This document shows positions 61,833 through 64,000 of a stretch of DNA of 64,000 nt, piece by piece. A program made the translations under genes and the position numbers. Numbering within the stretch: the first letter of the stretch is position 1; the number at the start of each line of letters is the position of its first letter. Where the stretch lies: the NCBI GenBank assembly GCA_040285825.1, contig JAUPSS010000003.1, positions 868,001-932,000 of the forward strand, written 5' to 3'. This stretch comes from Eukaryota sp. TZLM1-RC. Its lineage: Eukaryota > Protista > Metamonada: BaSk clade. Below the pieces are notes generated by a model. That model was not told the DNA's origin. It saw only the letters and a program-made list of their open reading frames with translations, and did not search any database.

Positions 61833-62038
61833 ATGTTTCTGTGTTCTATACTGTGAACAAGATATAAAACTTGTGGGACTTCAGATGGAGGAAATGCTGT
61901 CGGTATCTCCATAACTTTAAAGTTCTTGAATTTAAGTTGTACACTGAGATCGTAGTAGAGCCGTGCAATTTTTGTGGGGATGTAGACTTGATTATCAATG
62001 TTCATGTAAAGATGGGAAAGATGGGGCGGTAGTGTCAT
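61833..62038 (-). pseudogene. Duplicated first 68 codons of the ankyrin ORF
   Basis: Matches 56150..56355 with one amino-acid change, then diverges into filler sequence. Confidence 0.75.
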
Positions 62039-62069
62039 TCCTGAAGATAATGTCTATAACAGAGGGATT

Positions 62070-62239
62070 CTGTGGTTTTCATTTGAAATGCATACTTGCG
62101 TCAAGCATCATTCAAACTTATTCCAAGAACTTTCATTCTTGGTGACATCGTCTACAGACGTTCTAGAATCCTCGAATAATTGGCCACCAATCTCAGTGAG
62201 CCCATTTCTCCTCTAGAACAATACGTAGTTTTGAAGCTA
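62070..62239 (-). ncRNA. Putative omegaRNA scaffold (Fz-2b)
   Basis: Copy of 55965..56134; the GAAA tetraloop is changed to GCAA (still GNRA). Confidence 0.65.
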
Positions 62240-64000
62240 GTTTCTTTGTGGTCTCTGGAACGCTTCTGGTCTTGTTCCATAGTAGTGCTCACTAATTGCA
62301 ATTTCTAGCTGATTTAGTGATGCAGATATGTCTCTAGACCATACTTGATTACATTCCGGACAACTGAAATAGGCGTTGTGAACTTAACTTCACCATCAAC
62401 TTCTCGATAGATCTTTTGGTGTAGCATCTTGCAGCAGTTCACCTTTGCAGATGTCATATATTCATCTCCGATCTTCACATTAGCAAATGAACATTGTAAC
62501 AACTTGAGAAACGCCTTACGTGGAGTTTTCACTTTTTGACTTGATTTACCACCGCCTCCATTGCCAAACCACACCTTTACTTCTCGACCATTTGCAAAGT
62601 TTTTCACTTTGTTGATAATGGAGCTAAATCTTTTCTGTTTTCTTATAAAGAAGTCAAATGTGTTTCTCCTCAATGCTTTTCGAGCACTCAGATATAATTG
62701 CTGCTTTAGCAATGATCGTCTTACGTTATTACCTTCATAATCCTTGTAGTCACCGATAGTTCATATTTCAACCAGATAATGGTTCATTTTCTGCACGTCA
62801 TAAATATCTATTGATGAGTGGGTCAGTGAAACGGAGTGATTGATTTTTCGTTGCTTTTGTGCCAAGAAGATATTGGATACGGTCAGCCCTGAACATGTTC
62901 CAATGCTGGAACCGCATAGATTTGAGTGGTTGGGGTCGATGGCCCAGTACACCATTTCCGTCTCATCATCAGGTGCCTGCCACTCAGTAGCTTTTGGTTT
63001 CTGGCGAGGTCGTGGCCGTTCAACCTTGGTTTGCAAGGTATGTTTTCTATTCCGAGTGATTTCGTAGTAGTCAAGTTCCCCTCTGGATCTCTTATCAGTC
63101 AAGGCTTCTCCAGCCAATCTCACCCGTGTTGCTTTGGGGCGCGGTTTGAAAGTTATACGGACACTATCACCATTAGAAGACACGGTGTAGTCATTAGCTA
63201 TTGTTTTAAACAATAAATAAGGGTTTTTCAAAATTGTTTGTGATGTGTTTTTGGAGATAAAATGGTTGAGAACCCATGTGGAAAAGGGGACAAAAGTAGG
63301 CTTCAAACTAGCGATGGGAGTGAGTCTATGTCGTTTAAAGGTATGTGGAAAGGCTTGCTCCAGGTGGTTTTGGATTGTTAAGCCGCAACGAAAGATGTAG
63401 GTACTGTTCTCTTGATTAAGAGTCACTCTTCGAGAAGAACGCAGAGTGTTGTACCTTTGAGGATCACCAACCAAGAAGTTAAACAGAGTAAGAGCTATGA
63501 TATGGTGTGTGTTAAACCAAGAAAGAAGAGGTTCACGAAAGTTCGTGCTGTTGTGAAGAACAAAGCCAGTATATGTGGCTGGTGCAGGGCAGTTATGACC
63601 TACTGCATACGAGCGGAATAAGTTAAGCTTCCACGACACAAGTCCATCAGTAAGAAGCTGATGGTAGTTGCCTTGCAGCTAGCGGCACTTTGCATCCACT
63701 AGTTGTTGTAGAGGCCTACTAGGGGTAGTGCATGATTCCGACCTGTTCTTGACAAGAACAGGACAGCAAACGGCCATAATGTAGAGATTCGCTCGAGCTT
63801 CTCATACACATGGCCTTTGCTAAGTCTGTTGAATGGATGTCTGACTTTTGGTTTGGAGATTGCCACAAAGTCAAGACAATGGATCCAGAATTGATGCTGA
63901 GTCAGGAAATGACTGTCTTCAGGGAAGCACACAGCAAAAACTCTGGTCAGCTGTCCATCAATATAATCACACACTGGCCGCTCAAAGAACTGATGAAGGG
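62237..64000 (-). pseudogene. Fanzor1 nuclease Fz-2b (inverted copy, runs off the window)
   Basis: ORFs 62314..62712, 62761..63639 and 63699..63974 are near-identical to Fz-2a. Confidence 0.88.

Overview
Gene-dense, AT-rich eukaryotic (protist-like) DNA using the standard genetic code. Nine host genes are recognisable: a cyclin Y-like protein, a coiled-coil protein, oligopeptidase A, Elongin C, two kinesins, an ankyrin-repeat protein, a TMEM128-like protein and XPB. Four of them carry 27-32 nt introns with the branch point fused to the 3' splice site, and three of these introns resemble (CCCTAA)n. More than half of the window is mobile DNA. There are five Ty3/Gypsy-type LTR elements (A-E) with very short LTRs (104-171 bp) and 4-bp TSDs. 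B and C are nested in A, and a hAT transposon sits inside B. There are about 11 3'-terminal fragments of RLE-type (CRE-like) non-LTR retrotransposons. There are also four decayed Fanzor1 (TnpB-like) loci from three families, each followed by a strongly structured putative omegaRNA; two families are bounded by 11-bp direct repeats. Headline observation: none of the five LTR families has a tRNA primer-binding site. Each instead has LTR-CA + an 8-nt perfect palindrome + TG at that position (TTAATTAA, GTAATTAC, ATACGTAT, ATAATTAT x2), suggesting a tRNA-independent, palindrome-based priming or dimerisation mechanism. All calls are by-eye motif recognition; no database searches were run.
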